Below, in pieces: positions 61,877-64,000 of a stretch of DNA of 64,000 nt (position 1 is its first letter; the number at the start of each line of letters is the position of its first letter). The DNA lies in the NCBI RefSeq assembly GCF_004010195.1, contig NC_057749.1, forward strand, positions 25,703,044 through 25,767,043, in the 5' to 3' direction. The translations under genes and the position numbers were made by a program. Source of the DNA: Chiloscyllium plagiosum (Eukaryota). The notes beneath the pieces are model-generated. The model did not search any database. It was not told the origin of the DNA and was given only the letters and a program-made list of their open reading frames with translations.

Positions 61877-61888
61877 CTCCCCCCTTTT
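61877..61888 (-). promoter_or_regulatory. Retroviral polypurine tract
   Basis: Minus strand AAAAGGGGGGAG then T-TG, about 85 bp after the env stop. Confidence 0.85.
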
Positions 61889-61972
61889 GGTTCTGTATAC
61901 ATCGTATATTACGAATCACTACACATACGCAGAAGTCAGCATTTGCTTCTTCTGATCAGAAGCTTCAAGATG

Positions 61973-63226
61973 TCATAACGTAGGACGGATAAAGGCAAGA
62001 GGAAAACAGCATTTCGTACATTGAACACAAACATACAATGCAAGAATAATGACAAGAAAGATGATAATCTCCTGAACGATAGATATTCCCAAAGATCCCC
62101 ACCAGTCTATAGCCCGACTCCATAAGGTATTTAAAGGGGGTTGCTTAAGTTTGTCAACCTCCTTCTGAATATGATCAGCTAAGTTTGCGATCTCATCAGA
62201 GTTGCCTGGAATGTAGGTACAACAGTCTTTTCCTATGAGAGCACAGGTGCCTCCTTTGTCAGATAGTAGCCAATCTGGGATCATCCAATTTTGTAATGTT
62301 GTTGTTTGTATAGTAATCATTTCCACATTAATCTTATCAAGGGCTTGGGAGGTGTCACTAGCTACTTGTTCCAATATGGAATAGAGTAATTGAATCCGAA
62401 CAAAGGATTTATGGGTAGCATATGGCCAAGACCAAAGGGCAAGGAACTTGTCTATCCTAGAGATGTAACGTTCATGGAGAGTAAGGGATAAAACATAGGG
62501 TGTATCATACATAAAAGGGACTACAAAAGCTAAATAACAGGAACCAGACCATGAGAGAGGTATGCCTTATGTCCACAAACAAAACAAATACCATTCTATG
62601 GGATAAACCGTTATACAGTTAGAAAACCAGATGTGATCAAACTTTCCTGCTGACATGAGGTTAATAAAATTAAGCTTAGATGGAGGCAAAGCATCAGATG
62701 TGACATTAAAATATTGGATACAATCACTCTGACCTGCAAACCAACCCTTAGACATATATCTGGTAGGACAAATAGAACATACTGGTTTTCCCACTCTTGA
62801 GGTATTAGTGATGATGACATATGGTGGGACACAGATGGTGTCAAATTGAGGTTGAAACCAACCTTCAAATGCCGCAAAGCTGTACCCTGCCAATTCCCAC
62901 TTGTCTCAGATGCTGTTCATGTTCACCCAATATATCCATTTCTCTGTAGAAGATGTAGCAGCCACTTAAACCCCAACCATTAGAAATTTGTTCTGGCGTG
63001 TGACCAATTCTGCTATTTTGGATACATCAAAAGGAATGGGTCACGGGGGGGTTACTGCCCTTTGAATTTATGGGAATGTGAGAGCAAACCCAACTGCTGG
63101 AGACATTGGTACGGTCAGCATAAATATAAGACATACATAAAAATAGTTTTCACATTCAACTCATGCCTTACATGTTACAAGAGAGCTCAAAACAATTACG
63201 AGTCCCAAAAATAAAACCTTCTTCAT
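61973..63226 (-). pseudogene. env: Class I ERV envelope (gamma-type): frameshifted SU, open TM
   Basis: Signal peptide MKKVLFLGLVIVLSSLVTC; NVSSSWVCSHIP (degenerate CWxC); FVCGHKAY..WSGSCYLA; ISD LQNWMIPDWLLSDKGG; CALIGKDCC (CX6CC); TM helix IIIFLVIILALYVCV. Confidence 0.93.
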
Positions 63227-63244
63227 GATGGGACAGGAGTGTTA

Positions 63245-64000
63245 GCTCTTTGATGTGTGATGTGTGAATCCAAACCTTCTTGCCTTGCAGCTTTAACAGC
63301 TGAAGGTGTTATAAGAAGAACTTGATACCTACCTTCCCAGTTGGCACCCAGCGGTTCTTTGTGTGTTTTATTAATGTAGATTCACGTGCCAGAAATCACA
63401 TTGTATTCACCTTCTCCCCCGACTGCTAACACCTGTTGGGAGGCAGAACTAACAGCATTGGTTAGACCCTGACAATACTTTAACAATGAATCACTCAATA
63501 GATGACAAACTGCTGTTCTAAGATCCATCATGCCAGGTAGAGACATGGCTTTATCAGCTATTACCTCAAAAGGGCTTAGACTGCAAGTTCTACTGGGGGT
63601 AGCTCAAATACTACACAGAGGCAGAGCTTGAGGCTAAGGCAATCCTTCCTGGTGACACTGAGCCAAGCGTTGTTTCTGAGCCTGATCTGTGCCTTCCACC
63701 CGTCCCGATGACTGATGATGATTAGGGCAGTGCAAGTTCCATTTAATGTTCAGCAGACGACACACTTTGTGGCACACTGCACCTATAAAATGAGTCCCTT
63801 GGTTTGAATCTATACTATGTGGGACTCCCCATCGGAGGATGCATTCCTTACAGAGGATATTAGCGGCATGATTGGCCGTGGCTCGCCAAGCCAGAGATTC
63901 TTCTACCCAGCTTAAAAACTTGCCAACAATAACTAAAACCTCTGACTATCCTTGACATTTTGGGATATGCAGCCTACCCAAAAGTGTTGGAAGGGCCCGG
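63245..64000 (-). pseudogene. pol: Class I ERV pol integrase domain, decayed, continuing beyond the window
   Basis: VLVIVGKFLSWVE; RWGVPHSIDSNQGTHF; HCPNHHQSSGRVE; LSPFEVI; WEGRYQVLLITPSAVK; WIHTSHIK; internal stops. Confidence 0.92.

Overview
Eukaryotic non-coding DNA, most likely from a shark (elasmobranch). This is inferred from HE1/V-SINE-like SINEs that share a 3' tail with abundant CR1/HER1-type LINE fragments. No host protein-coding gene could be recognised, and most of the window is a nested transposon graveyard. It holds about 15 HE1-like SINEs, about 20 CR1 fragments, two decayed Gypsy elements and a solo LTR. It also holds Penelope-like (GIY-YIG) remnants, an RTE remnant, a Tigger-like MITE, a 25-bp minisatellite and the 3' part of a class I endogenous retrovirus (integrase, env, PPT, LTR). 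The most striking signal is about two dozen full or partial minimal hammerhead-ribozyme motifs (CUGAnGA-stem II-GAAA-palindromic stem III) in four sequence families with covarying stems. They sit on short Penelope-derived insertions with fixed 3' ends, 11-17 bp target-site duplications and frequent fold-back architecture. All calls were made by eye without database searches, and repeat boundaries are approximate unless a TSD is quoted.
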